This document shows positions 62,001-64,000 of a DNA stretch of 64,000 nt, piece after piece. Each line of letters begins with the position of its first letter. The first letter of the stretch is position 1. Position numbers and translations under genes: made by a program. This DNA comes from Dicyema japonicum (Eukaryota > Animalia > Dicyemida). Location of the stretch: contig RDEW01000012.1 of NCBI GenBank assembly GCA_011109175.1, forward strand, positions 1,277,220-1,341,219. Reading direction: 5' to 3'. The notes under the pieces are model-generated. The model was not told the DNA's origin. It saw only the letters and a program-made list of their open reading frames with translations, and made no database searches.

Positions 62001-62249
62001 ATGTTTTTTTTAAATTAATTTGTTGTCTTCGAATCGTCCACGAAAATTATTCAAACAACAACAGAGCTCCAGATTTTACGAATTCCCAGGAAAATTATTC
62101 AAATACGCTCTCTGTAGTCGAGCAATCTTTTGCGATTTCTGTCAATGTTTGAAACTTTTTGCAATTATTTATCAAATAAAAATTTTTTAAATAATTTAAA
62201 AATAATTAAAATTAATAAAAAATAAGATGTTTTAAATATTGTTATAATA

Positions 62250-63175
62250 TTTTGTTGCATCGTGTAACGATCAACATTCTCGCCTACTACTTCAACAATT
62301 TGTGTGAAGTTGACAAAATAATGAAACAATTTTCAATTGAACGTGTAAAGTTCGTCTTACTCGTCACAGATGCCGCGAGATATATCAAGTGGGATGAATA
62401 AATCTAATTTTAGCTGGAATCTCAATGAAATTTTTATATCCAAATCTTTTACGTCACTTTTATTTCACATCTATTACACAATTTTACTCTAAGATTAAAA
62501 TCCTATTTCACAGATGTTGATAAATTGAATTCTTCATTAAAAACTTCTACGGTAAAGAACCAAAGACGCTGTGAAATTTTCTCTCCAATAGGAAATCCAC
62601 ATGTGGAAGCTGGTTAAAAGTAGCCAAATATTATTTCAACAGGCTCATTTAAAAATGTCTAAATTTGAAGATGAAGTTGTAATCAATTTAATCACCTCCT
62701 CATTTTTTAAGCCAATGAATCAGTTAACATTCTCACTTTGTTTTCAAGTTTAACCGAAATTTGTAAAAATTATTAAGTGTTAATTGAAATGATTTCTAAT
62801 ACTGAACTACTCAGTTGTTCAATTGAAAAAACCTTATGACGAACTGAACAACATATAATTTTTATCTGATCGGTGTAATATAAAAAATTATACATCAAAA
62901 AAGCTTCGAAGAATTCTTGATTTCTCAAATAAAATCTTTAGCCTGGAATTTACTCATACCTTCAAAATTGTTATGAAAGCTCAGTGTCATTTGAATGAGT
63001 GATATCTTTTGACGAAAGTTCTTACTAAAGATCGTAACTTTAAAACTGAAAATTTCAGGAATATTAAATTTCTTATTAAAATAAGTAATTTAGTTTATTT
63101 CTCCTATTCCGATTTTTGCAATTAAAAAATTTTTTTAAATTTTTATTTAAAAATTTCAATTTTCTGGTTGCCCTA
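62250..63175 (+). mobile_element. hAT 3' half, older relative of 17146-19042
   Basis: KFVLLVTDAARYI motif; colinear with ~18130-19042; ends GGTTGCCCTA. Confidence 0.75.
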
Positions 63176-63224
63176 TTCATAACATAAATCTCCATTTTAT
63201 GTATTAATTGTTTCTACATAAAAA

Positions 63225-63395
63225 GACTTAAATCGTGTGAGAAAAATCTAAAGACGGGGTACGACCTGGACGAATTGAGATTACTCGCATTCGACAGAGA
63301 AAGATGGAAAAGACTAACTATAAATATTGTTTCTTTGAGTTTTGCACATGCGGGGATATAAACATTATTGCTTTCGTGAAAGTGCCATAATAATA
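63225..63395 (+). mobile_element. RTE-like LINE 3' end with SINE-like tail
   Basis: YDLDELRLLAFDRERWKRL followed by CACATGCGGGGATATAAACATTATTGCTTTCGTGAAAG..(ATA)n. Confidence 0.7.
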
Positions 63396-64000
63396 ATAAA
63401 TCGTTGTTGATATAGATTTTTCCATCCGTTCAGCTACGGTTTCTATGATGAATATTCTTTACTAAAAACCCTAAAATCTCCACTAAGCTAATAAGGAAAC
63501 ACGTCCGCTAAACGATTCTAGTTTATCTTAATAGCCTGCTCAACTTTTTTCAATGTTCCCCATGCGACGTATCACACTTTCTATAAGCTCAGAACACACT
63601 GGTGATCAGGTGTACAGTATTTGGTCGCCCGTTCACATTAGAAAATCTCAATCGTGTCGGCCGTAACAGAATAGTCGAGAAACGTTAAATTCTCTAGTAA
63701 ATATCGCTTGAAAATCTGTGATACTCTTTGTTTGTTGTACATACTTCTAGCTAACTGGTGCATACCGCGTCTATTTCAAAGAAATCTTGTGCCTGTTACC
63801 TCTTAAACGGAATTACACAATGCTCTTCCCACTCTTCGGCTATATTCAACTTCCACTGATAAGCTATCCGAACTGCAGATGCGCTAGTCTTATCCAATGC
63901 GGAAGACTTGATCTGCACGGCACAGATAGGAACATTACTTCCGCCTCTGACAGCGTCCAAACACACGTGGATTATTTAGAGTCTTAGTTATTAATCAATC

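Noticed and set aside
63430-64000. Possible host gene in the GC-richer window end
   Set aside because: Stops in all frames and only weak LINE ORF2-like remnants; not enough to call.

Overview
AT-rich eukaryotic nuclear DNA, dominated by decayed transposons, from an organism with ultra-short spliceosomal introns (21-30 nt). It looks like a reduced parasite genome, e.g. myxozoan- or microsporidian-like; the lineage cannot be determined from this window. Main feature: an amplified HP1/Swi6-like gene (chromodomain + hinge + chromoshadow domain, 3 micro-introns, 153-154 aa). There are 9 full-length copies (5 with intact spliced ORFs) and 3 chromoshadow-only relics. Four copies sit in a ~3.82-kb tandem array (1-16.15 kb) whose unit is otherwise LINE debris; the others are dispersed on both strands, including an older diverged version of the same unit. 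Other host genes: a Lifeguard/TMBIM gene with seven 21-25-nt introns, a two-finger C2H2 zinc-finger gene, and two disrupted paralogs of a multi-Ig type-I membrane protein. Mobile DNA: RTE, jockey/I-like, R4/Dong-like and CRE-like LINE fragments, hAT (CGGBP1-like) elements, a Ginger2/TDD-like integrase element with 22-bp TIRs, a Tc1/pogo-type MITE, and a tRNA-headed SINE sharing its tail with the RTE LINE. One SINE copy has a full-length 5S rRNA in place of its head, inside a target-site duplication. A 4.87-kb near-identical duplicate ending at an N, and many homopolymer indels, suggest assembly artefacts. All calls were made by eye; no database searches were run.
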